In this document: positions 10,289 through 20,153 of the stretch, piece after piece
How the letters are laid out: each line of letters begins with the position of its first letter
Numbering within the stretch: the first letter of the stretch is position 1
IMG/VR virus record: IMGVR_UViG_3300020056_002227
Coordinates: 105,743 to 169,742 of that record
Strand: one strand, 5' to 3'
Length of the DNA: 64,000 nt
Origin: a virus
The notes under the pieces: model-generated
What the model was told of the DNA's origin: nothing
Databases searched by the model: none
What the model saw: the letters and a program-made list of their open reading frames with translations, nothing else
Program-made: the position numbers and the translations under genes

Positions 10289-10978
10289 ATGGCTCTACAG
10301 ACTAGTGGCGCGATTAGTATCAATGATTTAAGAAATGAATTTGGTCTCGGCGGAACTCGAGGCCTTAATTCATTTTATGCTGATTCTTCAGACCCTTGGA
10401 TCGGTACAATTCCCACCAGCGGCACCATTGCCATGAATGATTTCTATGGTTCTAGTGTTAGAACTGCACGGCTGGGAAGGCCGGGGTTTGGTGACGCAGC
10501 AACTTCTACTGGTTATCTTAATCGCAGAATAGGATGGTCGCGACAAGATGGAAGCCAATTCTATCTTTATGAATATGGTAGTACGAATGCAGCATTCGGT
10601 AGTATTACGAGATCCACAAGCTTATCTACTACTGCACAGCTTGGTGGTATTTGGATAACTCAATATTGGTACGGTTCCGGCCCGTCCCGGCCGATCTTTA
10701 GTATCTCCCATAGAAGTAGCTCGGACAGTGGATGGACTACCGTACGGTTAAAAGGACCTTCATTTCCTAGCGGTGGCCAGGTGCAATTCTCACTTAACAG
10801 AACATCGAGATATACTTTTGCCCGACACTCATACGGTACTACTGAACAAAGAAATTATTATGCTTGGCGATATGTTTGGTGGCAGAGTAGCGGCATGAGC
10901 TCTTTACTCACTTCTATTGCTAATTTGTTTGTATATTGCAGAATATATAATAGATCCCTTTATGTAAAATTTGAATGA
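10289..10978 (+). CDS. Putative fibre-tip adhesin / receptor-binding protein
   Basis: Directly follows an S74-ended fibre. The N-terminus MALQTSGAISINDLRNEFG is of a type I recognise in small fibre-associated phage proteins. The body is rich in Ser, Gly, Arg, Trp and Tyr. Function is inferred from position. Confidence 0.5.
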   Translation: MALQTSGAISINDLRNEFGLGGTRGLNSFYADSSDPWIGTIPTSGTIAMNDFYGSSVRTARLGRPGFGDAATSTGYLNRRIGWSRQDGSQFYLYEYGSTNAAFGSITRSTSLSTTAQLGGIWITQYWYGSGPSRPIFSISHRSSSDSGWTTVRLKGPSFPSGGQVQFSLNRTSRYTFARHSYGTTEQRNYYAWRYVWWQSSGMSSLLTSIANLFVYCRIYNRSLYVKFE

Positions 10979-10986
10979 GGCTATAG

Positions 10987-11517
10987 ATGATTACTTACAA
11001 AATATTAAGAGTGAATACCGCAACTCAAACTGTTCAGATTCGTTATTCGAAAGATAACTATGATGATTTCTATGCGCAATACACTTACGATATTCCTTTC
11101 ACCGAAGAAAAATTGCACCAATTGGCAAAAACTCAAATAGAGGAAGCAGCACATCATTGGCAATTGGCTGATGATGCACAAGATTTTCAAATAGAACAGG
11201 ATACAGGTGTAGTCAAGGATAGAATTTATGAAGCCACACCTGATTATGATCACCTAACACATACAATAGAACCTGTTATTACGGAAACGGAAACCACCGA
11301 AACATACGGCTACAGGGTAGTAGAGTTAAGCTCTGATCAAAAGGCATTTAATATTAGAAATCAGAGAGATGGTTTTCTTTTTGAAACTGATATCTATGCA
11401 CTTTCTGATAGAACAATGTCAGATGAGATGATTGCTTATCGACAAGGATTAAGAGATATGACAGATCAAGAAGGGTTTCCCGATAACGTTATTTGGCCGG
11501 TTCGTCCGATAGATTAA
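10987..11517 (+). CDS. Tail fibre assembly chaperone
   Basis: C-terminal R.QRD..L.ETD...L.D......YRQ.LRD.TDQ.GFP..V.WP motif typical of phage tail-fibre assembly chaperones. Confidence 0.8.
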   Translation: MITYKILRVNTATQTVQIRYSKDNYDDFYAQYTYDIPFTEEKLHQLAKTQIEEAAHHWQLADDAQDFQIEQDTGVVKDRIYEATPDYDHLTHTIEPVITETETTETYGYRVVELSSDQKAFNIRNQRDGFLFETDIYALSDRTMSDEMIAYRQGLRDMTDQEGFPDNVIWPVRPID

Positions 11518-11518
11518 A

Positions 11519-12577
11519 ATGAGCTCCCTTAAGTTTTATGTCTTAACATGCAGGAATTTATTTGCCTTAAAAAGACATGAAAAAACTATTCCAAAAGAAG
11601 ATTTGTGTATTATCATTAATACACAAAATTCTACCTACGAAGCTGAAGCAGTTTCTTATTGCCAAACTGCTGGAATCGAATATCACGTAACTGCCAGTGA
11701 CGGTACTGCTGCTACTGGTAAAAACTTTTTCTGCGACATATTCGAAGCCTCTACCAATGATTATGCTGTTTTAATTGACGGTGATGATTTCATCACACCA
11801 CATGGTGTATGGACATATAAGCAGGTTGCGGCAATGCCCACACCACCGGATGTTGTAGCACTTGAATATCAATATGCATTCTATAGGGCTTGGGGTTATA
11901 CTCCAGTTATTCCAGCACAGGTAGAAGATTGGAGCATATATGACCCGGATCGTGTACCAGCATGGGGTACACGATGTTTCACTAAACCAAAAGTTTGGTG
12001 GGAAGAAGCACTGTCAGGAGATCTCATTAAAGTTGGAGAAAATGAACCAGACGATTTTGCTCAAACTCTTCATGACATTCATAAAGCATGGGCAATTCAC
12101 TGTCACAAATATATCAATGAATGGGAAACACATTGTAGGCTGGTATTTTTCTCTAAGAAGGCTGTCGATGGCTTCAGATTCGATAATCAATACAGGGTGG
12201 GCGAAGATACATTAATGTATTTTGAATTAAAACATGCACACATGCAGGGTAATCTTGTAATGAAACACCTATTCGATAGATATCCTACTTATGTGTATGA
12301 CACAAGAATAGGTGGTGTGGTAGAAGAAGCCAGAGATGAAGCCGGTACTGATCGTGGCTTTGTTCAATGGCTTACACTTCTAGTTCAAGGTTATGATGAA
12401 TTGGAATTGGCTGGTAAAATGCACGAAGAAAAATTGCCAGAATTAAAGGTACACACTTACACTGCACCAGAAGATACTTTTAATGCAGATGACTGGGATA
12501 TAATTTGGCCAGAAGGTTACAGACCAGATGTAATGGGTCTCGTTAACTATCCAGGTAAAAGATTCATCAAACTATAA
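11519..12577 (+). CDS. GT-A fold glycosyltransferase (family 2-like)
   Basis: LIDGDDF (DxD motif), GTAATGKN and a downstream RVGED motif. Confidence 0.7.
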   Translation: MSSLKFYVLTCRNLFALKRHEKTIPKEDLCIIINTQNSTYEAEAVSYCQTAGIEYHVTASDGTAATGKNFFCDIFEASTNDYAVLIDGDDFITPHGVWTYKQVAAMPTPPDVVALEYQYAFYRAWGYTPVIPAQVEDWSIYDPDRVPAWGTRCFTKPKVWWEEALSGDLIKVGENEPDDFAQTLHDIHKAWAIHCHKYINEWETHCRLVFFSKKAVDGFRFDNQYRVGEDTLMYFELKHAHMQGNLVMKHLFDRYPTYVYDTRIGGVVEEARDEAGTDRGFVQWLTLLVQGYDELELAGKMHEEKLPELKVHTYTAPEDTFNADDWDIIWPEGYRPDVMGLVNYPGKRFIKL

Positions 12578-12612
12578 TCCTCCTAGTCTTTCAGTTCCTT
12601 TATTCTAGTAAT

Positions 12613-12620
12613 TATAAATA
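12613..12620 (+). promoter_or_regulatory. T4-type late promoter TATAAATA
   Basis: Exact gp55 consensus in the intergenic gap, 18 nt before the ATG at 12639. Confidence 0.8.
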
Positions 12621-12638
12621 CACTAAAAAGGAATTGTC

Positions 12639-13034
12639 ATGTCCTCAAGAGCAAATATTTACATTGATCAAGCAGCAGACTTTCGTGTCAGCCTCGAGTT
12701 ATTCGATGCAGATGACGACGAGCTGGTGATCGATAGCTATAATTTCTTTGCAAGTATGAGAAAAACCTACGGTACTACTAAAATATGTGATTTCGATGTT
12801 GAAAAGAATGGTAATGATATAACCTTGGTGCTTGCAGATGAACTTACAAAAACTCTCAAGCCCGGTAAATATCAGTATGATGTATTGATGGAAAAGCCAA
12901 CCGGTGAGATCTCAAAGATTGCGGAAGGTCTTGCAATCGTGGTGGACACAATAACAGACACAACAACATACACACCCAGTTCAACCAATACACCTCCTAC
13001 TGGAGATGGTGTGGCTGATGGTGGATCATTCTAA
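12639..13034 (+). CDS. Small virion structural protein (Ig/BppU-like adaptor fold suspected)
   Basis: ANIYIDQ.ADF...GKYQYDVLM..G..KIAEG pattern common in T4-like structural regions; late promoter upstream. Confidence 0.65.
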   Translation: MSSRANIYIDQAADFRVSLELFDADDDELVIDSYNFFASMRKTYGTTKICDFDVEKNGNDITLVLADELTKTLKPGKYQYDVLMEKPTGEISKIAEGLAIVVDTITDTTTYTPSSTNTPPTGDGVADGGSF

Positions 13035-13051
13035 TATAGAGGAATACGTAG

Positions 13052-15436
13052 ATGGCTTTCATAACGATTCTACACAAAAGAAGCAATGTAGAAGATAGAC
13101 GCCCGACGACAGAGGATTTATTTGAGGGCGAACTTGCACTCAACACTTTTGACGGAAAATTATTTTTTAAGACTGTTAAAAATGGGGTAGAGAATGTCAT
13201 CGAAATTGGTGAGAATTTTGATGGTCAATATTCTAATCTTACAGGTGCACCTACATTATTGAGTTCATTCACCAATGACCCTGGTTATATTACAGATTAC
13301 ACAGTCACACTTGCGGATGTAACACAACACGAATCCGGCATCACGATCACAGAATCACAGATCAGTGATCTACAAAATTACCTCACGGCTGTTTCTTTTG
13401 GACAAGTTACTGACAAGCCTACTACATTGGCAGGATATGGAATTACAGATGCAGCCACAGCTGCACAGGGTGCTCTAGCAGATACTGCACTTCAACCAGG
13501 TAGAAATATTAGCACATTGCAAAACAATGTAGGATATCTCACCTCGGTTTCGAATACAGACGTTACTCAACACCAGACAGATATTATCATCACGGAATCT
13601 CAAATTAGTGATTTACGACCATATCTCTTATCTGTATCGAGCAGTGACGTTACTCAACATCAAGCTGATCTTCAGCTAACACAGTCTCAGATTACTGATT
13701 TCTATGTATCAAATAACGATGTAACACAACATCAGTCGGAGATTCGAATTACTGAATCTCAAATTACAGACTTAAAGACATATGCCACTGCTGATAATGC
13801 AATGAATTTTACCAATAAGACTGGTAATATTACACAGTGGACCAATGATGCCAATTATATCACAAATGCTCAAGAAATCAATGATCTAACTGCAAATGTT
13901 ACTTGGACCACGGTACCGGATCCTTACATATCTCAGTCTGCTGTCGTACAGCATGAACGTCAATTAATTATCTTTGAGAATCAGATTGGTGATTTACAGG
14001 ATTATCTGACAGCAGTTTCTAATACTGATGTAACTCAACATCAATCTGATATTCGATTAAATCAGTCTCAAATCGTTGATTTTGCTGTAACCAATACAGA
14101 CGTTACTCAACACCAAACGGACATTAGAATCACTGAGTCTCAGATTACAGATTTACAAGCATATCTGACTTCTGAAACGACAACATCACTGGTTGCAAAT
14201 ACTGTAAGTCAAGAATTACTCTTCACAGATGAAACCGGTGCAGTCAATTCAGTTGATCTAAGTTGGGCTGTAGATGATACAAATCTTGCAAGATTGGTTT
14301 CGGGTACATTAGATGCCAATACAGGTATTGCTACATTTACAAGAGATGATGCCAGCACATTCACGGTTAATTTCAATCCGTTATTCGATGATACCAATTT
14401 GACCAGAATTAATGCTGCTTCTTTCGATACAGCAAATGGTGTATTGACTCTTACAAGAACTGATGCCACAGAAGTTACCGTAGACCTCGATGGAAGATTT
14501 TTGACAGAGGTTACAAATACAGCAGTAACAGCTCATCAGTCTGATCTTCAAATTACCGAATCTCAGATTACAGACCTGCAAGCTTATATCACAGATTACA
14601 CGGTCACGGTTGGTGATGTAACTCAACACCAAGGTGCTCTTCAGATTCTAGAGTCACAGGTCGTTGGTCTTGGGCCATATGCTCCATTATCTAATGGTGT
14701 GGTACCAGATGCTAATATTTCAAACACATCGATCATTCAGCACCAATCGGAACTGACAATTACAGAAAGTCAGATTTCAGATTTGGGTTCTTATCTCACT
14801 GCTGAGGCAGATACGCTGGACGATGTAATTGGTAGGGGTGCAACCACAACCACTACGGCTGTGATCCCATTCCTTTATGCTAATCAAGCAGCATTCCCTG
14901 ACGCATCTACATATCACGGTGCAATTGCTCACAGTCATGCCGATGGTGCAATGTATTTTGCTCATAGCGGCTCTTGGAATTTGTTGGCGAATGACACATC
15001 TAATCGTAGGGTTGATATCGGCCGAGACAGAGACGATAGTTTTGCAAGGTCATTGAATGTAACCGGTCCTATTACATGGGCTGGAAGTCTTGATACCATG
15101 GTTGGTCGTGGTGTTACTGGTGCAACAACCTATACGGATAGATTCTCAATTAAGCATAGTATTACTGGTGCTACTGACGATATCCAAATTGAACTTGTCC
15201 CAGGCAATGGTGCTGGTGGTAGAGGCAGTGTGGGTGTTATTGGTGGTTTGAAGGTCACAGACGAGATCGAAACTGCTTCAACCTTAAATCTAACTCCATT
15301 ATCTGCTGCACCTTCAAGTCCGGTGGCAGGAATGTTTGCTGTTGCGGATTATACTAACTGGGATCCGGCATCATCATCTACACCAAGGCCATATCCAGTA
15401 TTTTATGATGGAGCGGTCTGGAATCCGCTGTATTAA
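13052..15436 (+). CDS. Fibre protein with an N-terminal attachment motif and ten VTQHQ..ITESQI.DL repeats
   Basis: The N-terminus HKRS...P...L.EGELALNT.DGKLF.K is shared with the 20154 protein; ten internal repeats counted. Confidence 0.75.
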   Translation: MAFITILHKRSNVEDRRPTTEDLFEGELALNTFDGKLFFKTVKNGVENVIEIGENFDGQYSNLTGAPTLLSSFTNDPGYITDYTVTLADVTQHESGITITESQISDLQNYLTAVSFGQVTDKPTTLAGYGITDAATAAQGALADTALQPGRNISTLQNNVGYLTSVSNTDVTQHQTDIIITESQISDLRPYLLSVSSSDVTQHQADLQLTQSQITDFYVSNNDVTQHQSEIRITESQITDLKTYATADNAMNFTNKTGNITQWTNDANYITNAQEINDLTANVTWTTVPDPYISQSAVVQHERQLIIFENQIGDLQDYLTAVSNTDVTQHQSDIRLNQSQIVDFAVTNTDVTQHQTDIRITESQITDLQAYLTSETTTSLVANTVSQELLFTDETGAVNSVDLSWAVDDTNLARLVSGTLDANTGIATFTRDDASTFTVNFNPLFDDTNLTRINAASFDTANGVLTLTRTDATEVTVDLDGRFLTEVTNTAVTAHQSDLQITESQITDLQAYITDYTVTVGDVTQHQGALQILESQVVGLGPYAPLSNGVVPDANISNTSIIQHQSELTITESQISDLGSYLTAEADTLDDVIGRGATTTTTAVIPFLYANQAAFPDASTYHGAIAHSHADGAMYFAHSGSWNLLANDTSNRRVDIGRDRDDSFARSLNVTGPITWAGSLDTMVGRGVTGATTYTDRFSIKHSITGATDDIQIELVPGNGAGGRGSVGVIGGLKVTDEIETASTLNLTPLSAAPSSPVAGMFAVADYTNWDPASSSTPRPYPVFYDGAVWNPLY

Positions 15437-15509
15437 GATCAGGCTAAAACCATAAATAGCTCAGGTACTTCTATGACTAAAGCTATATAAGAATAACAGG
15501 ACATAAGGG

Positions 15510-18500
15510 ATGAGCATCAAGATAAAGGTTGGCGGATCTAAATCGATTCGATCTGTACCTAAACAAGATTCGACTCGTACAGTTGTTGCCGCAGGTGAGA
15601 AAAAGCCTGTAATTACCCCAGATTCTATCGCCCTTGGTGTAGATACTGTTGGTGCTTATGTTCGTAGCATCCAAGAAGGTATTGGGCTTGATGTAACTCT
15701 TAATAATAGAGAAGATGCAGAAGTAACGATTTCACACGAAATCACAACTGCCGAAGTTAGTTCCAATAATTCGATTTTAGGGTTCACACGAAATGTAGAT
15801 ATTGATCAGTTTGGTCATGTCACTGCGTTCTACAATTCTTCACTCAATCCTGATAATTTTACCTCTGATGGTACCATCATTACTGCCAAAGATATCGTCT
15901 TTGGTAATACTGCCATCACAATCGGTGAATCTACTGATACAATAGAAGGTCTATCGTCATTTAATGTGGGTAATCTTACACTCACTGGTAGTACGATTTC
16001 ATCTCCAGCGACAATCAATTTCAATTCAAATACATCGCTGATTAATGTCGGTGGAGCAACCATCACTGGTCTCGGTACACCTACAGGGCCGTCTGATGCA
16101 GTAACAGTAGACTACTTAAGCAATTCTCTTACGACTGTACCAGATCCAGTAGACCCCACCGACGCTGCAAATAAGAGATACGTAGATCTTCAAAGAGATA
16201 ATATTCTTTCTAGGATGACTGCTCTTGCAGCAACCACTGCTGATCTGGGTTCGAACTACACGTTCTCGGGTAATACAATTACTAGAATACCCGGGCCGAG
16301 TTTTCAGATTGATGCTGTAACCGTATGGGAAGTTGGTGACGGTCTCTTAGTAAAAGATCAGAATGACCCTACACAAAATGGTCACTACCAGTTAACACAG
16401 AAAGGTGATGCTACAACACCTTGGATCTTAGAGAGATCGACACTCACAAATGAATCTGGTGAGATTGCTGGCAATGCAGTATTTGTAACCGATGGTTTTG
16501 CTAATAAGCATACAGGGTGGGTTGCAACTGTAGAGGATGATGAGAGGTTTATTCTAGGTACGGATGATATCACCTATGTTCAATTCCAAGGTGAGGGTCT
16601 TTATACAGCTGGTCGAGGGCTTACACTACTCAATAATACAGAATTTGAGGTCGACCATACCCAAACCTTCTCTACTATTAATGGTCTTGGTGATAATCTG
16701 ATTATATCATCTACTTTGGTAGATGTCAATAGTAATGGCGGATTAATTTTACCAGTTGGTACAACACTTCAGAGACCAACACCACAGCAAGGAATGATTC
16801 GGTATAATACTACCGATTCCAGATTTGAAGCATATAATGGTGTTACATGGTCTGGGTTAGGTGGTGTAGTTGATGCTGACCAAGACACATACATTCGAGC
16901 AGAAACTTCTGCTGGTGCTGATGGTGATGACCTTGAGTTCTTTACTGCAAATGTTCGTAGATTAACCATTGATGATCAAGGTGATTTAAAATACGGTGTT
17001 GCCAGTAACCGATTTACAGTAGATTTTAATACTGGTGATGCAATATTCAAAGGTGCTGTAGATTTTCAGGCCAGATCAGCAATAACAATTCCTCGTGGAT
17101 TCACGATAGAAAGACCAAGCACTCCTGTTGCTGGTATGATTCGCTTCAATGATACTACGGATTCTTTCGAGGGATACAATGGAAATAACTGGGGTACCCT
17201 AGGTGGTCTGGTAGATTCTGACCAAGACACCTATATTCGGGTAGAAGCTTCACCCGGCACAGATAATGATGATATCGAATTCTATACTCGAGGCACAAGA
17301 AGGTTAACAATTGACCAAGACGGCAATATCAATATTGGTGCCGCAAGCAACAAAATAACAATTGATTATCTGACGGGTGATACCGTATTTGCCGGCAGTG
17401 TTGACTTTAATTCTGTAGGTGCAATTACGGTTCCAAATGGTGCAACCGTTCAAAGACCATTAACACCCGACGAAGGGATGCTTCGTTTCAATAGCACAGA
17501 TGGCAGATTTGAAGGCTATGACGGCACAAACTGGGCTGGACTTGGTGGTGTTTCAGACCTAGATAATGATACCTATATCAAGGCAGAAACAAATCCTGGT
17601 GATGACAATGATCGACTTGATTTCTATACTGCTGGTGTTGAAAGAATCCGTCTTAACAGTCTCGGTAATTTCAGATTCGGTCAAAATTTTGACAAGTTCA
17701 CAGTTGACTATGCTACTGGCCACGGTTCATTTGCAGGTACTCTGGATGTAGGAAATCAATTAACTGCCGCAAGTGCTGCAGTACAAGATCTCACGATTGC
17801 TAGAGTTGTCCACGTTGGTAATAACGGTGAATTGATCGACGATGATGGATTTACATTCTTCAATGATGAACTGACAGTACCAGATCTTCATGCGACTGGT
17901 GATTTAACCGTTGATGGTGATACGTCATTTGGTCAATTATCAGTTGGTGATCTCACACCAAATCGTGTTATATTTGCAGGACCAGATGGTAGATTAACAA
18001 CCGACACAACACTTAGATTCAGCACCACCGGGCCTCGTATGGTGGTCAAGGGCTTCCTTGACGTAGAAAAAGATCTTACTATCGGTGGTAATTTAATTAT
18101 TGGTGATGCTGCTACTGATACAGTTACAGTCGTTTCAGATTTTGATAGTAACTTGGTGCCAGATGAATTTGGTAATTACACACTCGGTACAATCGGTAAG
18201 AACTGGCATAGAGTCTTCACTCCCACAATTTTAAGTGATACTGAAATAGTCACGATTGATGGTGCTGGTGCTCTTAAACTGCCTGTAGGTACACGTGCTG
18301 AAGGACCTGATGCCTCTACCCGTCAAGCAGGTATGATTCGATTTAATTCACAGGATAATCGATTCGAAGGTTATGATGGGACACGATGGTCTGGTCTTGC
18401 AGGTTCGGTTGTAGATATTGACCAAGATACAAAGATTCTTGCTGAATCTACCTCTGATGTAGATAGACTAGAATTCTTCACTCAGGGTGTTCGAAGATTC

Positions 18501-20111
18501 TTCATTGAAAATGATGGAAAGATTACCACCGATAGTGGTGTCGACCTTGTCTTTGATGTATCTGGTAATATCAATGTTGGTAATAGTATTATAACAGGTT
18601 TAGCCAAACCTGTCAACCCCACAGACGCAGTTAGTAAAGAATATTTGGAAGATGATTTTACGTCGACAATGACGTTCAATCAGGAGAACGGCCCTCTCAC
18701 CGGAATTACTAGAACGGTAGATGCAGTTGCTGATCCCACAATTAATCTTGTAAATGGATTAGAAATTAAGGCATTCGATACTGCCAATAACTCAATCGAT
18801 CTTGGTCTTACGTCTCCAATGGCTGGTAGTACGGGGATATACGGTAATGATGGCTTTACACCAAGAATCAGAATTACCGAAGATGGTCGAATTGATTTTG
18901 CTACCGAGATTCCAGTAGAACTCCAAGCCAACGCAATTCCAGACTTTACAGAAACTGCCCGTGACATTATTGCTCTGATGCTTGAAGAAGGTATTCAGAG
19001 AGGTATTGCTGTTACCAACGATGATGCCAATGATACAATGGATTTTATCGTCGATGATTTTGATATCATATTGACAGGTGATGTTACAGGTACAGGTCGG
19101 GTTACAGCAGCGTCGAATACTACAATCAGTACGAGCTTTGATACAGTAGTTCTTGATCAACGATATCTCAACACGACTGGAGATACTGCAACAGGAAACC
19201 TTGCTGCTCCTAGATTTGTAGATTCTGGTAATACAGTATTTTATGTTGAACCGGCAGATGTTTCAAGGATTAAAGATTTACACGTTGGATATCTAAACCA
19301 GTCTGCTAGAATTGATCTTTCAGATGGTATTGGTACTGTATCCACGATCTTTGCTCTTGGTGGAAAAATAGGTTTCTTAAATAGTGCTGCAAATTGGTCT
19401 TTAAATGTCGATAAGACTACGGGGCAATTATCGGCATTTGGGGATACTCATTCATATAAATTTGTAGATTTAGATGCCCCCACATATTTCTTGCATCCAG
19501 GTGATACCGATTCTGTATTCAAGCAATTGGCACTGGATAATCAACTTGATGTTGGTTCTAATTTAACGGTTGATTCATTAGGGCTTTCTACTGTAGCAGG
19601 TGATTTGATTCTTCGGCCTCAAAGTGGCACGATAGATGCAAACACATCAATTATTTCAAATCTGTCAGACCCGATTGCAAACCTTGATGCTGTCAATAAA
19701 CAATATCTTGACGGGCAATTATCAACAAGTATTAATAATCTGGTCGGCGGTGCTGGTCTTACATATAATGCCAACACCACGACATTTGATGCAAACGTCG
19801 ATAATATCACATTAGAAATTGTCGGCGATATTATAAGAGTAAAAGATAGCGGTATTGCAAATGCTAAGATCGCTAATCCCTTTATATCTTTTGCAGCCGA
19901 AACAGGGAATACAGATATTGTTTCTCTGGGTGAGGTAATTACCTTTGCAGCTGGAGAGGGTATTGATACACAGGTAAGTAATAACCAGATATTGATTGCT
20001 GGAGAATTGGCAACCACCACAAATGTAGGTGTTGCTTCTTTTGCCGCAGCCAATTTTAACGTAAATTCAGGAGAGGTTACCGTCGCCGAAATAGACGGTG
20101 GTACTTTTTAA
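15510..20111 (+). CDS. Large tail fibre / baseplate-associated fibre protein (1533 aa)
   Basis: Four GM(I/L)R(F/Y)N...FE(G/A)Y.G..W.GL.G..D.DQDT modules, several DA(V/A)NK.Y.D fibre motifs and C-terminal IDGGTF. A CATAAATA late-promoter variant lies at 15451. Confidence 0.8.
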   Translation: MSIKIKVGGSKSIRSVPKQDSTRTVVAAGEKKPVITPDSIALGVDTVGAYVRSIQEGIGLDVTLNNREDAEVTISHEITTAEVSSNNSILGFTRNVDIDQFGHVTAFYNSSLNPDNFTSDGTIITAKDIVFGNTAITIGESTDTIEGLSSFNVGNLTLTGSTISSPATINFNSNTSLINVGGATITGLGTPTGPSDAVTVDYLSNSLTTVPDPVDPTDAANKRYVDLQRDNILSRMTALAATTADLGSNYTFSGNTITRIPGPSFQIDAVTVWEVGDGLLVKDQNDPTQNGHYQLTQKGDATTPWILERSTLTNESGEIAGNAVFVTDGFANKHTGWVATVEDDERFILGTDDITYVQFQGEGLYTAGRGLTLLNNTEFEVDHTQTFSTINGLGDNLIISSTLVDVNSNGGLILPVGTTLQRPTPQQGMIRYNTTDSRFEAYNGVTWSGLGGVVDADQDTYIRAETSAGADGDDLEFFTANVRRLTIDDQGDLKYGVASNRFTVDFNTGDAIFKGAVDFQARSAITIPRGFTIERPSTPVAGMIRFNDTTDSFEGYNGNNWGTLGGLVDSDQDTYIRVEASPGTDNDDIEFYTRGTRRLTIDQDGNINIGAASNKITIDYLTGDTVFAGSVDFNSVGAITVPNGATVQRPLTPDEGMLRFNSTDGRFEGYDGTNWAGLGGVSDLDNDTYIKAETNPGDDNDRLDFYTAGVERIRLNSLGNFRFGQNFDKFTVDYATGHGSFAGTLDVGNQLTAASAAVQDLTIARVVHVGNNGELIDDDGFTFFNDELTVPDLHATGDLTVDGDTSFGQLSVGDLTPNRVIFAGPDGRLTTDTTLRFSTTGPRMVVKGFLDVEKDLTIGGNLIIGDAATDTVTVVSDFDSNLVPDEFGNYTLGTIGKNWHRVFTPTILSDTEIVTIDGAGALKLPVGTRAEGPDASTRQAGMIRFNSQDNRFEGYDGTRWSGLAGSVVDIDQDTKILAESTSDVDRLEFFTQGVRRFFIENDGKITTDSGVDLVFDVSGNINVGNSIITGLAKPVNPTDAVSKEYLEDDFTSTMTFNQENGPLTGITRTVDAVADPTINLVNGLEIKAFDTANNSIDLGLTSPMAGSTGIYGNDGFTPRIRITEDGRIDFATEIPVELQANAIPDFTETARDIIALMLEEGIQRGIAVTNDDANDTMDFIVDDFDIILTGDVTGTGRVTAASNTTISTSFDTVVLDQRYLNTTGDTATGNLAAPRFVDSGNTVFYVEPADVSRIKDLHVGYLNQSARIDLSDGIGTVSTIFALGGKIGFLNSAANWSLNVDKTTGQLSAFGDTHSYKFVDLDAPTYFLHPGDTDSVFKQLALDNQLDVGSNLTVDSLGLSTVAGDLILRPQSGTIDANTSIISNLSDPIANLDAVNKQYLDGQLSTSINNLVGGAGLTYNANTTTFDANVDNITLEIVGDIIRVKDSGIANAKIANPFISFAAETGNTDIVSLGEVITFAAGEGIDTQVSNNQILIAGELATTTNVGVASFAAANFNVNSGEVTVAEIDGGTF

Positions 20112-20153
20112 AAACTAGATCTATATAGATCGTGAAATGGAAAGGGCATTTAT

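Noticed and set aside
20118-20131. 14-bp palindrome GATCTATATAGATC between fibre genes
   Set aside because: It is a single AT-rich copy with no U-tract or second instance, so there is not enough support for a function.
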